NCBI GenBank assembly: GCA_965218425.1
Contig: OZ244621.1
Coordinates: 4,000,001 to 4,064,000, forward strand
From: an uncultured Candidatus Binatia bacterium
GTDB taxonomy: Bacteria; Desulfobacterota; Binatia; UBA9968; CAXXLF01
Reading direction: 5' to 3'
DNA length: 64,000 bases
Positions within the stretch are counted from its first letter, which is position 1, and the number at the start of each line of letters is the position of its first letter. This document shows, in pieces, positions 51,615 to 61,560 of the stretch. The notes under the pieces are model-generated. The model searched no databases. It saw nothing but the letters and a program-made list of their open reading frames with translations, and was not told the origin of the DNA. A program made the translations under genes and the position numbers.

Positions 51615-53393
51615 ATGAGCAAAACGGCTAAACTAACCCTGACCATGAAAAGACCCTTGCTAGCACGCTATTTTTTGGCGTCCGTCCTGCTGCTGCTGCT
51701 CCTGGTCTCTCTCTACGTTCTCTCCGAGAGCCGAAGGTTGCAGAGCGAACTCCTACGCCAAACCGAGGCCAAAGGACTGGCCCTGGCCGAGGCCATGGAG
51801 TCCAGTACGAAAAACGCCATTCTTGGCAATTCTCTGATTGAAAAGATCGTGAGCCAGCGGCTCCTTGATAACGCCCGCCTCATCGACCGACTCCTTCTTA
51901 CCGGCGCGATAGATCCCAATTTTCTCCAGGAGATCAGCGCCATGAACCGCCTTCAAAAGATCGAGCTACTGGACCAAGAGGGAGAGCCATGGACATTTCC
52001 CTCCTCGCCGGAGATGCCCATGGGTATGAGGGAAATGATGGCGGAGATGCACCGGATGCATCGGGAGCCCTTACAACGGCGGCGACAGATGATGATCTAT
52101 ATGTGGGGAAGGCGTTGGGTCTTACCCGGCGAGGAAAGCCAACCGTCAAGCGCACCCCCACCTCAGATCACGGAAGAACGTTTCCGGCAAGGCAGCGTGT
52201 TTGGTGTCGCCATTGGGGCGCGAAGTATCCCTGGAGTTATAGTTGTTCATGCCAATGCCGACTATATCCTAAACTTCAAGAAAGAGATCGGAGTGCAACG
52301 CCAGATCGAAGACCTGGGGCGCCAGCCCGACATCGCCCATGTTGCCCTTCTGGATCAAAACTTCACGATTGTTGCACATACGGACCCCGCACTCATTGGC
52401 CAACAGGAAAGCGACGACTTTGTCCTAACAGCGCAGATCAATGGACCCACCTATACAAAGATCGTCGGTGTCAACGGTGATAGGATCTACCAACTGGTGA
52501 AGCCCATCAGTCTCCACGACTCTCCCCTGGGATTCCTCAAGATCGGGCTATCCCTGGAACCCATGGAGACCGCGTGGAAAAATAGCCTGTGGTCTATCAT
52601 TATATTGGGCTCGGCCATTTTGGGGGTCGGCATCCTGGGTATGGCCGCCATCTTTTACAATCAACATTCCCACCTACAACAGATCAAGAATCTCGAAGCC
52701 GAAGTTGCTCGTCGGGAGAATCTGTCTGCCCTGGGCAATCTTGCGGCAACGGTCGCCCATGAGGTGCGTAATCCCCTGAACTCCATATCCATAGGCCTGC
52801 AGCGTCTCAGGTCGGAGTTTCATCCTACCCAAGACGAAAACCAATACTCCCGGTTTATAGAGATCATGCGTGGAGAGGTGCAGCGGCTAAATTCCATCGT
52901 GGAGCAGTTCCTTTCACTGGCACGCCCCTTGGACCTTGAGTTTGAAACCGTTTCCATGGATGAACTGCTCCAGGAATTGGTCTTGTTGGCTGGAGGCGAT
53001 GCGGAATCGTCAAAGGTAAAAATTAACCTGGCAACTTCCCCCAACCTTCCCTCGGTGCGCGCGGACCGGAATTACTTGAAACAGTTACTACTCAATCTTA
53101 TTTTAAATGGAATCCAGGCCATGCCTGAGGGAGGGCAATTGACGGTGCTGGCGGGCACCTCCCGGAAGAACCTCACCCTGACTATTAAAGATGAGGGAGT
53201 TGGGATTGATCCGGAGGTTATATCACGCATCTTTGAGCCCTATTTCACCACCAAGGCCAATGGATCCGGGCTGGGGCTTTCCATCGCACGGAGAATCGTG
53301 GAGGCCCATGGAGGGGATCTATCAGTCACCAGTAAAGTGGGTCGAGGCAGCAGTTTCCAAGTTACCCTTCCCATTGCAAGTGTGGAGAGCTAA
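51615..53393 (+). CDS. Sensor histidine kinase (ZraS/HydH-like)
   Basis: Two TMs, AHEVRNPLNSI, NGIQAM, DEGVG, FTTK..GSGLGL. Confidence 0.92.
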   Translation: MSKTAKLTLTMKRPLLARYFLASVLLLLLLVSLYVLSESRRLQSELLRQTEAKGLALAEAMESSTKNAILGNSLIEKIVSQRLLDNARLIDRLLLTGAIDPNFLQEISAMNRLQKIELLDQEGEPWTFPSSPEMPMGMREMMAEMHRMHREPLQRRRQMMIYMWGRRWVLPGEESQPSSAPPPQITEERFRQGSVFGVAIGARSIPGVIVVHANADYILNFKKEIGVQRQIEDLGRQPDIAHVALLDQNFTIVAHTDPALIGQQESDDFVLTAQINGPTYTKIVGVNGDRIYQLVKPISLHDSPLGFLKIGLSLEPMETAWKNSLWSIIILGSAILGVGILGMAAIFYNQHSHLQQIKNLEAEVARRENLSALGNLAATVAHEVRNPLNSISIGLQRLRSEFHPTQDENQYSRFIEIMRGEVQRLNSIVEQFLSLARPLDLEFETVSMDELLQELVLLAGGDAESSKVKINLATSPNLPSVRADRNYLKQLLLNLILNGIQAMPEGGQLTVLAGTSRKNLTLTIKDEGVGIDPEVISRIFEPYFTTKANGSGLGLSIARRIVEAHGGDLSVTSKVGRGSSFQVTLPIASVES

Positions 53394-54764
53394 ATGGCTG
53401 ACTCTTTCCGAATCCTTATCGTCGATGACGAGGCTCCGCAGCTAGAACTGATCGGAGGATTTCTCAAAAAACAGGGTTTCGACGTGGTGGAGGCAGAAGG
53501 CGGCGAACGGGGCCTGGAGAAGTTCCGCCAGGAATCCTTTGACCTGGTACTGACAGATCAAAAGATGCCGAAGATGTCAGGTCTGGATTTGCTAAAAGCC
53601 ATCCGTGCCATGAACCCCGAGGCACCAGTCATCGTCATGACCGCCTTTGGAAGTATCGAAACGGCTGTCTCCGCCATCAAAGAGGGGGCTTCAGACTACC
53701 TGACCAAACCGCTCAACCTGGATGAACTGCTCCACAGGATCGAGGCGGTCAAGGAACGAAACCGTCTGCTCACAGAGAACCGAGACCTTCGGGAAGCCCT
53801 GCAAGAGCGCAGCCGCATTGAAGGCGTCATCGGTGAGAGCGGTCATATGCAGGAAGTCCTCTCGTTGGTTCGACGGGTAGCGCCGAGTGAAGCCACTGCG
53901 TTGATACGCGGCGAGAGCGGCACTGGAAAGGAACTCATTGCCCAGGCCATTCATTATGCAAGTCCCAGGGCATCTCGCCCCCTGGTGAGGCTCAACTGCG
54001 CAGCCCTTCCCGAGACCCTTTTGGAATCCGAACTCTTCGGCCATGAAAAAGGCGCCTTCACCGGAGCCTATGCCACAAGGAAAGGCCGCTTCGAAGTGGC
54101 CAATGGCGGATCATTATTCCTTGACGAGATCGGCGACCTACCGCTCCATCTGCAGGCAAAACTTCTACGTGTCCTTCAGGAAAAGGAGTTCGAAAGAGTA
54201 GGTTCGAGCAAACCGATTCCCGTTGATGTCAGGATCCTCGCCGCAACCCACCGGGATTTAGAAAAATTGATTCAAGAGGGTCAATTCCGAGAGGACCTCT
54301 ATTACCGGCTCAACGTAGTTACCGTTGTCCTCCCGCCGCTAAGAGAGCGACGTCAAGATATTCCGCCACTCCTGGATCACCTGGTCAAAAAATTTGCCGA
54401 TAAGAACGATAAAACCATCAAAGGCTTTACCCAAGAGGCGCGTGACGCCCTACTTCGTTACGACTATCCAGGCAATGTCAGGGAGCTCGAAAACATTGTC
54501 GAAAGGGCAACGGTGATCACGCGAGACGAGGTCATTGGAAGATCGGATTTACCCCTAACCGTTCAGGCGTCTGAAAAACTAGACGACAGGGGCACCAACA
54601 TGGCCGCCGTCGTGGAAGGCCTGGAACGAAAAATGATCAAAGAGGCCCTGGCCCAATCCGACAGGGTTCAGACCCGTGCGGCGGAAAAACTCGGAATGAC
54701 TGAGCGAGCCCTACGCTACAAACTCAAAAAATACGGCTTCCAGGGCGAAGACCCCAGCTCCTAA
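53394..54764 (+). CDS. Sigma-54-dependent response regulator (NtrC/ZraR-like)
   Basis: Receiver domain, GESGTGKE, GAFTGA, PGNVREL, Fis-type HTH. Confidence 0.95.
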   Translation: MADSFRILIVDDEAPQLELIGGFLKKQGFDVVEAEGGERGLEKFRQESFDLVLTDQKMPKMSGLDLLKAIRAMNPEAPVIVMTAFGSIETAVSAIKEGASDYLTKPLNLDELLHRIEAVKERNRLLTENRDLREALQERSRIEGVIGESGHMQEVLSLVRRVAPSEATALIRGESGTGKELIAQAIHYASPRASRPLVRLNCAALPETLLESELFGHEKGAFTGAYATRKGRFEVANGGSLFLDEIGDLPLHLQAKLLRVLQEKEFERVGSSKPIPVDVRILAATHRDLEKLIQEGQFREDLYYRLNVVTVVLPPLRERRQDIPPLLDHLVKKFADKNDKTIKGFTQEARDALLRYDYPGNVRELENIVERATVITRDEVIGRSDLPLTVQASEKLDDRGTNMAAVVEGLERKMIKEALAQSDRVQTRAAEKLGMTERALRYKLKKYGFQGEDPSS

Positions 54765-55038
54765 AAATCCCTTGATTTGAACTCCGTTCCTGCAGCCTAA
54801 CCCTCAAAAAATTCCTCAATTCACGACTGTACTATACTGACCAGAACGGCAGCGTTTGTTGAACACCCTAGCTTTAGATTGTAATTTCTAACCTATTGGA
54901 ATAGCAATACAATCAAACATGCGGCCACCCTTAGTAATCGGTGATATGCTATCCAGCGACCGTGATACACGGATCAGTATATTACTAGAGTTAGATGGCC
55001 GGGGGACGCTTTGACGTCATAATGTCATAATTTCCAAC

Positions 55039-55233
55039 ATGGACACTCAAAAACGCGCCACCGTCTATTTTGAACCTGACGTGCACCGCGCCCTGCGTCT
55101 AAAGGCTGCGGCGTCGGATCGTTCCATATCAGACATGGTCAACGACACGGTGAATGCCGCCTTGCCGAGGATGCTAAAGATCTCGCCGATTTCGCCCATA
55201 GAAAGAACGAGAAGAGGACAACGCAAAGACTGA
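55039..55233 (+). pseudogene. CopG/RHH antitoxin-like gene, frameshifted, no partner toxin
   Basis: KRATVYFEPDVHRALRLKAAASDRSISDMVN; acidic tail (AEDAKDLADF) in another frame. Confidence 0.7.
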
Positions 55234-55414
55234 GAGCAGCCTGGTCAAAATGGCTCGTGAAATTGGAGCCCAGAAGGTGCCGGATTTCTCGGAGACCTTC
55301 ACGGTCTAATTGCGGAGCAACCGCTGAACGGGAGGATCAATACAATGGACCCGAATCTACATGTGAGTATGCCGCTCGATCCCAACCTTCATTGGAAATA
55401 GGCTCAGGCCGATA

Positions 55415-55666
55415 TCATCTCTTTTGCTTCTTGCCCAACGCTGCCAATCGTTTCTTTGCCTTTTTCGCCAGCTCACTGTCCGGATCGGCCTGGATGATGC
55501 GCTCATACAACTCGCGTGCGTGGCTGCGATTGTTTTGCAGTTCTTCAAACTGCGCGGTCTCAAACATCTGCTTGGGGTCCTCGCCACATCCGAGCACTCC
55601 CAGCATGAACAGACACAGACTGAACGCGATAAAGTCCTTAAAATATATTTTTAGTAATGTCCTCAT
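55415..55666 (-). CDS. Small TPR-like lipoprotein
   Basis: Lipobox VLGC; FETAQFEELQNN..ARELYERII..PDSELAKKAKKRL. Confidence 0.75.
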   Translation of the reverse strand: MRTLLKIYFKDFIAFSLCLFMLGVLGCGEDPKQMFETAQFEELQNNRSHARELYERIIQADPDSELAKKAKKRLAALGKKQKR

Positions 55667-56172
55667 CCGGATGCTCCGCCATCTTCGCTGAGGGCTTTCT
55701 CTTTTCTTTTGTTCGCATTGTATAAGGAATAGCCAAGTGTCGTGAAAATCATTAAGAAGATGACAATGATGGTCGGCTGAAGGAGCCAGCCGGTCCCATA
55801 AGCTGCGCTCGAGATCCAGGGGATCCATATGGAAAACCCAACAAGCCAAACACCCACGAGAAAGCCAAGAATCCAAGAGAAACAACTGATGGTGCGCCAT
55901 CTGGCCAAGAGGGGATCTATACCCTTAGCGAACTGAAAATCAACGGGTGTGGACTCTGAGGAGTTCGACTTGGTTACACCCCTTAATTCCATGGCCAGAT
56001 GGATTACTGCAAGGATCACCATAGGAATACCAATGACCCAGGGGTAGAGGCGTGCTTGAAGCTTCCACTCGTTCGCTTCCCAAACGAGGTAAACAAAAAA
56101 AAGCAGGACCAGCAAATCGAAGAGAATCTGCGGTTTGAGTTTTACCATTGCCATTGGTTTGGCCGTAGCCAT
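55663..56172 (-). pseudogene. Tripartite tricarboxylate transporter remnant (TctB-like N-part joined to TctA-like C-terminus)
   Basis: ARLYPWVIGIP..WLVGF then ISSAAYGTGWLLQPTIIVIF; family assignment by recall. Confidence 0.5.
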
Positions 56173-56367
56173 GAACCATTGCCCCTTTACCGCTCAGGCC
56201 GCTCAGTGTCAAGCAGCTTCAAAAAGAAGAGCTTCAGTTTATTGAATCTGGCTGCGATTGTCGGCAAAGTATCTGTTCTGCTATGCTCCAGCAAGCCCTT
56301 AAAAAGCTAAGCACCTGATCCTACTCACCGACAATTTAACCACGATGTCGCGCGCATAAGACCCTTC

Positions 56368-57585
56368 ATGAACCTCAACCCCACCGTCCGTGGCCTCATC
56401 AATCTTTACACTCCAGCCCTGCTGGCAGGTGTAGGTTGGGGAATGATTATCCCAACCATCCCGGTGCTTAGCGTCTATTACGGTGTTTCCATCGGCGCGG
56501 CCGCTCAGACTGTCACCGCTTTTGCCATAGGAAGGTTTGTGGGCACGGCCATGAGCGGTATCATTCTGGACCGTTTCGGCGTACGGGCCTCGCTGGTGGT
56601 GGGAACATTGGCAGCCAGTATCGCAGCACTCCTCGCAGTGGTATCGCCGTGGTTCAGCGGCATTCTGGCATTGCTCTTCGTAATTGGCTTAGGGGACAGC
56701 CTTTGGTTGTTGGGTCTCGAAGTGGCCGGTATCGATCTAGTGCGTCAGGACCAACGAGGACGGGTCATCAGCGGATTCCATGGCATGACCAATGGGGGCT
56801 TGACCCTCGGACCCTTGATTGGCGGGATTCTCACCGAAGCGTTTAGCTTCAAGGCCGTATTCCTCGGCTACGTTTTATGCTCAGGTACTGGGTTGGTCCT
56901 GGGAGCCATGGCCCACATTGTCCGAGCCACCAAGAACACTCACCCCACCCCGAAACCAACCACGGTGTTGCGCTTGAAAGAACCACTACGGGGATTTACA
57001 AGCCTATTCAAGGAAATCCAGCCCCATCTCCGCGCCACCTACGTAGTTCTCGTCATCGCTACAAGTACAAGCATCATGTTCCGGCTTACGACGCAGAGCA
57101 TGCTGCCCGCCTACGCAGGCTCACATCTTGGGTTTTCGCCTTCGGAAGTGGGCCTTTTGTTTAGCATCTCGGGGGTGTTTATCTTCGCAATGATCTTACC
57201 CACCGGGTTTATCCTGGACAGAATAGGCAGGAAGTGGGCCACTATTCCAAGCACAGGACTACCTGCCTTGGCTTTTTTGCTTATCCCCTTTTCCGACACA
57301 TTCCTCGAACTCGCCGTGCTCGTTTCGATTACGGGTATATCCAACGGTTTGTCCCTAGGATCAATTGCCACCTCAACTTACGACGTGGTGCCGCCAGCCG
57401 TACGTGGGCGGCTGCAGGCAGTTCGACGGACGGTGGCTGAAATAGGCGGGATTGGAGGTCCGTTAGTGGCCGGATTTTTAGCCAATGCCTTCGACCCAGG
57501 CATTCCCTTCCTGGTTTATGCCCCGTTGCTACTGTCGTCGGCCGTACTTCTAGCCGTGGTGGGGCGTGAGACTCTTATCAAATAG
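56368..57585 (+). CDS. MFS transporter
   Basis: GIILDRFG and GFILDRIGRK motif A; about 12 hydrophobic segments. Confidence 0.9.
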   Translation: MNLNPTVRGLINLYTPALLAGVGWGMIIPTIPVLSVYYGVSIGAAAQTVTAFAIGRFVGTAMSGIILDRFGVRASLVVGTLAASIAALLAVVSPWFSGILALLFVIGLGDSLWLLGLEVAGIDLVRQDQRGRVISGFHGMTNGGLTLGPLIGGILTEAFSFKAVFLGYVLCSGTGLVLGAMAHIVRATKNTHPTPKPTTVLRLKEPLRGFTSLFKEIQPHLRATYVVLVIATSTSIMFRLTTQSMLPAYAGSHLGFSPSEVGLLFSISGVFIFAMILPTGFILDRIGRKWATIPSTGLPALAFLLIPFSDTFLELAVLVSITGISNGLSLGSIATSTYDVVPPAVRGRLQAVRRTVAEIGGIGGPLVAGFLANAFDPGIPFLVYAPLLLSSAVLLAVVGRETLIK

Positions 57586-57734
57586 CCCGAGCCCTATTCC
57601 ATGAACCCAGCAAAAACACTTTGCCATAATCGTTGTTAAAGTTATAATCAAAAGAGCAATTTCAAAGTTTACAAGAATAACCTGTTATCAAAACTTTGAC
57701 CTATTTATATCGCTGATCAAAAGGAGAACACTGT

Positions 57735-58169
57735 ATGTTCGGAGACAAAATACAGAACGGCGGGAACAAGGGAAAACAACTGCTCATTATTTCGGGGGAG
57801 TCCGCCCGCCTGGAAGGAAAGTTTACCATTGGGGAATCCATTCAAATCGAATGCGAGGTCGTAGGAGAGATCAACGTGGAGGGCAGGTTGGTCATCGGGG
57901 CAAAGGGAGTGGTTCGAGCCGATGTGCAAACCGTGGACGCCCTGATTCAGGGACATTATGACGGCAAGATGGTGGCCACCGGGAACGTCGAGGTTACCGC
58001 CTCGGGCCGGGTGTCCGGAAACATAGAGACTGATTCTCTGGTTATTTCCAAAGGCGCCCTTTTTAACGGAACCGTGTCGAAGATGCGGAACGTACCTGAG
58101 ATTGCGGTGGAGCATCGACGAGGCTTCGCAGTCATTGACCTCGAAACCACTGCAAAAAAACCTGCTTAG
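57735..58169 (+). CDS. Bactofilin (polymer-forming cytoskeletal protein)
   Basis: Beta-helix repeats LVIGAKGVVRADV..GRVSGNI..LVISKGALFNG; AAGGAG RBS. Confidence 0.9.
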   Translation: MFGDKIQNGGNKGKQLLIISGESARLEGKFTIGESIQIECEVVGEINVEGRLVIGAKGVVRADVQTVDALIQGHYDGKMVATGNVEVTASGRVSGNIETDSLVISKGALFNGTVSKMRNVPEIAVEHRRGFAVIDLETTAKKPA

Positions 58170-58189
58170 CTTGCCCATGACTCTCCCAG

Positions 58190-58340
58190 GAAGCATCCAC
58201 CTTGGCGTTGGTTTCCTTAACCTTGCCAGCCCCAAATACAAAGAAAAAGACATCCGTCTTTCCGGCGGCGAAGTCATTGGCACCGCCCGCCACCTTAGGC
58301 GTCGGGATTCTTATTACATCGTCAATGGCAACTACCGTCT
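58190..58340 (-). pseudogene. Fragment resembling TAXI-family TRAP solute-binding protein
   Basis: Manual translation DVIRIPTPKVAGGANDFAAGKTDVFFFVFGAGKVKE. Confidence 0.4.
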
Positions 58341-58463
58341 ACCAGCTCGAATACGACGGTACCTTTTGCGAGGGATTTGATCATTCCCTCCAAGCTCGGT
58401 ATACCACGCGCAGCCCAACACCTGATCCCCTTAGATCTGGTATCGAGCATCCCGATTCCTAGT

Positions 58464-58937
58464 CTATGAGTTGGGGAAGCAGCCCCTCGCCGGCTTGCGC
58501 CTTTGCACGCTGGCCGGGACTCCCACACGCTCCATGGTTTTTACGACTTGGGGACCACAGGATTTCAGCAGTTCACTATAAATGGCGTCGAGCTCGGAAC
58601 ATTCTATTTCCAGGGCAATCTTGAAGGCCTCTTCTACGGTGATGGAAGGGGTCCCCCTACCCAGGTAAGCACGCATCTGCCCCTCGAGCCGGCGGGCCTT
58701 TTCCTCTCCGATGTTGGGATCCAGAGCAAGCCCGTCAAAGCCCTCGACAATCGCCATGCAGGCCATGAGAATACAGACGTGCTGTTCCTCATCCATGGCC
58801 ATCTGCCACCAGAAGTCCCTGAGCTCGCCATGATGGGGAAAGAGATGGGAGAAACGGAAATAGACCTTTGAAACCAAGCGCTCGATCTCCGCAAACCTCT
58901 TGAAGAGGTCTTGACCCGTCTGCTGCACAACCGCCAT
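58464..58937 (-). CDS. Ferritin-like/rubrerythrin-like protein
   Basis: EIERLVSKVY..FWWQMAMDEEQH..ALEIECSELDAIY. Confidence 0.7.
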   Translation of the reverse strand: MAVVQQTGQDLFKRFAEIERLVSKVYFRFSHLFPHHGELRDFWWQMAMDEEQHVCILMACMAIVEGFDGLALDPNIGEEKARRLEGQMRAYLGRGTPSITVEEAFKIALEIECSELDAIYSELLKSCGPQVVKTMERVGVPASVQRRKPARGCFPNS

Positions 58938-59099
58938 TATATAGCCCCCCCCTTTGCAAGCTGGGTTGTGATTCCTTTCGATCTCCTAAAATATCACTCG
59001 GCCACTAGGGAGGAGCAGCACGTTGACAGGAACAGCAAAAAATGTAATTTTTTACCTCCAATCGTTTTAGCCGGCCCGTTCCCAGAAATAATACTACTA

Positions 59100-60189
59100 T
59101 TGAGAACCGCATAATATAGTAACATTGGATAAGAACTTAATGTATAGTGGTGGTATGGGAAACCCACTTGGAGTGCGACGGGACTTTGAAGCATTGGAGC
59201 GGCGGTGGATGGAGGCGGGGAGGCTGTTGAAGCGAGGGCTGTCGGAGGCGGAGGTGGCGCGTTGGGTGGGAGTGCACCGCCAGTCGGTGAATCGATGGGC
59301 GCGGCAGTTGGCCGAGAGCGGCAGAGCCGGGCTCAAGCAGGCGGGGCGTGCCGGACGCAAGCCGCGACTGAGCCCGGCGGATCTGAAGAAGATCGAGGGC
59401 GGTTTGAAACGGGGACCCGAAGCGCTGGGGTACGACACGAGCCTGTGGACCGCAAGGCGAGTGGCCCACTTGATTGGGGAAGCCTGCGGAGTCACATACC
59501 ATCCGGGCCATGTTTGGCGGATATTGCGGCAGTTGGGGTGGAGTTGCCAGCGGCCGACGGGACGTGCCTTGGAACGAGATGAAGAGGCGATCCGGCAGTG
59601 GAAGAAGAAGCGCTGGCCGGAGATTAAAAAAAAGCCCGAAACGAGGGGCGAACCATAGTGTTCGTGGACGAAAGCGGGCTGAGCGAGCGGCCGAATCGGT
59701 ATCGTACGTGGTCGCCCCGAGGACAGACGCCAGTGCTGCAATATCACTTCAACTGGAAGAGTCTGTCGGCCATCGCCGGAGTCACCTGGTGGCGCTTGTA
59801 CTTTCGAGTGTATCCGGGAGCCATCAAGAGCCCCCAGATCATCGAATTCCTGAAGCACTTGATGCGTCATGTTTCCGGGCCGCTGCTGGTAGTGTGGGAC
59901 GGACTGCCCAGCCACCGGAGCCGGTTGGTTCGGGACTTTGTTGCCGCTACCGAAGGCGCGTTGGTGCTGGAACGGTTGCCGGCCTATGCACCGGAACTGA
60001 ATCCCGTCGAATACCTCTGGGGATACTGGAAGCATCATGAACTGCCCAACTTCTGTGCCAAGGACTTCGCTCAACTCAGCCACCATGCTCGTCGGGCCCT
60101 TTGCCGAATGCGCCGCAGGCCTCGTCTCGTTACCGCCTTCTGGAAACAGTCCAGCCTTTTCTGATGTCATTATATTATACGAGGATCAA
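59100..60189 (+). mobile_element. IS630-family insertion sequence
   Basis: Imperfect IRs (TTGA..ATAATATA..ACAT), flanking TA at 59098-59099 and 60190-60191. Confidence 0.92.
59155..60164 (+). CDS. IS630 transposase (HTH ORF plus DDE ORF joined by -1 frameshift)
   Basis: FVDESG, VWDGLPSH, PAYAPELNPVE; A8G slippery run at 59626-59634. Confidence 0.92.
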
Positions 60190-60210
60190 TAGGGGACCAT
60201 CCGAGTTGTT

Positions 60211-61545
60211 ATGAGCTCCAAGACCGACCAGGCATTCACCCTTCCATCCGCCGACCTGGCCGAACATGTGCAAGAGGCCCGGAGTCGCACATTGGAATTG
60301 GTTAGAGACCTGACCGACGGGCAACTGGTGGTGCCGAAAATCGATACCCTTAACCCCGTCATCTGGGAGTTGGGGCACATCGCCTTTTTCTACGACATCT
60401 TCCTTCTCAGAAACCTTGAAACCGAGGAGCTCCTCTTGAGCGGGGCCGAGAAAATCTACGATTCGTTCAAAGTAGATCACGAGGATCGCTGGGATCTCCT
60501 GCTCCCCTCAAGAAAAGAAACCTTAGATTATATGGAACGCGTGATGGAACGGGCCGTGGATCGGTTGGGTTCACACAAACCCAGTGCAAAGGAAACCTAC
60601 CTTTACCTGCTCACCGTCCTGCACGAGGACATGCACGATGAGGCCTTGACCATGATGAGGCAGACTCTCAAGTATGCTCCACCTGAACTGAGTATAGGCC
60701 AGAACAGCAGGGACGCCATTAAGAGTGATGATGCTTCATTATTGGGTGACGTTGAAGTACCCGGAGGAATCTTTCAGTTGGGTGCGGGCCATGGGACACC
60801 ATTCCTTTTTGATAACGAGAAATGGGCGCACCTAGTGAAAGTCCCTGCTTTCAGAATTTCCCGTGTGCCCGTCACCAATGCCCAATTTGCCGATTTTGTT
60901 GAGGACGAGGGATATCTACGCAGTGAATTCTGGAGCGACCAGGGATGGGTCTGGCGAACCAAACGGGTGGCGACACAACCAAACTATTGGAAACGGGATG
61001 GGAAGGGGTGGCACCGATGGCGTTTCAATGAGCTGGTTCCCTTGGAAAGAGACAACCCCGTGGCTCACGTGAACTGGTACGAAGCGGAAGCGTATTGCCG
61101 CTGGGCCAAGAGGCGGCTTCCCACCGAAGCCGAGTGGGAACTGGCAGCCAGCGCGGAGCCCACGGCCAATGGTAAGGGAATCAAGAAACGCAAGCGAAGG
61201 TTCCCCTGGGGAGACGAGCCCCCGTCGCCGGATCGAGCGAACCTCGACTCTCGTCATCTGGGCACAGTGAATGTAGCTGCGTTTCCTGCCGGCGATAGCG
61301 CCTTTGGCTGCCGCCAGATGTTGGGAAACGTCTGGGAGTGGACAGAATCCGCCTTTTATCCTTTTCCCGGATACATCGTGGATTGGCCCTACAAAGAATA
61401 CTCAGCCCCGTGGTTTGGTGACCGCAGGGTGTTAAAAGGAGGCGCCTGGACAACCCGCTCTAGGCTCGCCAACAACACCTACCGCAACTTCTTCGAGCCC
61501 CACCGTCGTGACGTTTATGCGGGTTTTCGCACCTGCGCTCTCTAA
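60211..61545 (+). CDS. senA: Non-heme iron sulfoxide/selenoxide synthase, SenA-like (EgtB family)
   Basis: DinB-like WELGH..HEDMHDE plus FGE-like domain (RLPTEAEWE, GNVWEWT, YRNFF, GFRT). Confidence 0.72.
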   Translation: MSSKTDQAFTLPSADLAEHVQEARSRTLELVRDLTDGQLVVPKIDTLNPVIWELGHIAFFYDIFLLRNLETEELLLSGAEKIYDSFKVDHEDRWDLLLPSRKETLDYMERVMERAVDRLGSHKPSAKETYLYLLTVLHEDMHDEALTMMRQTLKYAPPELSIGQNSRDAIKSDDASLLGDVEVPGGIFQLGAGHGTPFLFDNEKWAHLVKVPAFRISRVPVTNAQFADFVEDEGYLRSEFWSDQGWVWRTKRVATQPNYWKRDGKGWHRWRFNELVPLERDNPVAHVNWYEAEAYCRWAKRRLPTEAEWELAASAEPTANGKGIKKRKRRFPWGDEPPSPDRANLDSRHLGTVNVAAFPAGDSAFGCRQMLGNVWEWTESAFYPFPGYIVDWPYKEYSAPWFGDRRVLKGGAWTTRSRLANNTYRNFFEPHRRDVYAGFRTCAL

Positions 61546-61560
61546 CCATTCGTACTCTTC

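Noticed and set aside
59097..60170. 357-aa minus-strand ORF
   Set aside because: Antisense shadow of the IS630 transposase
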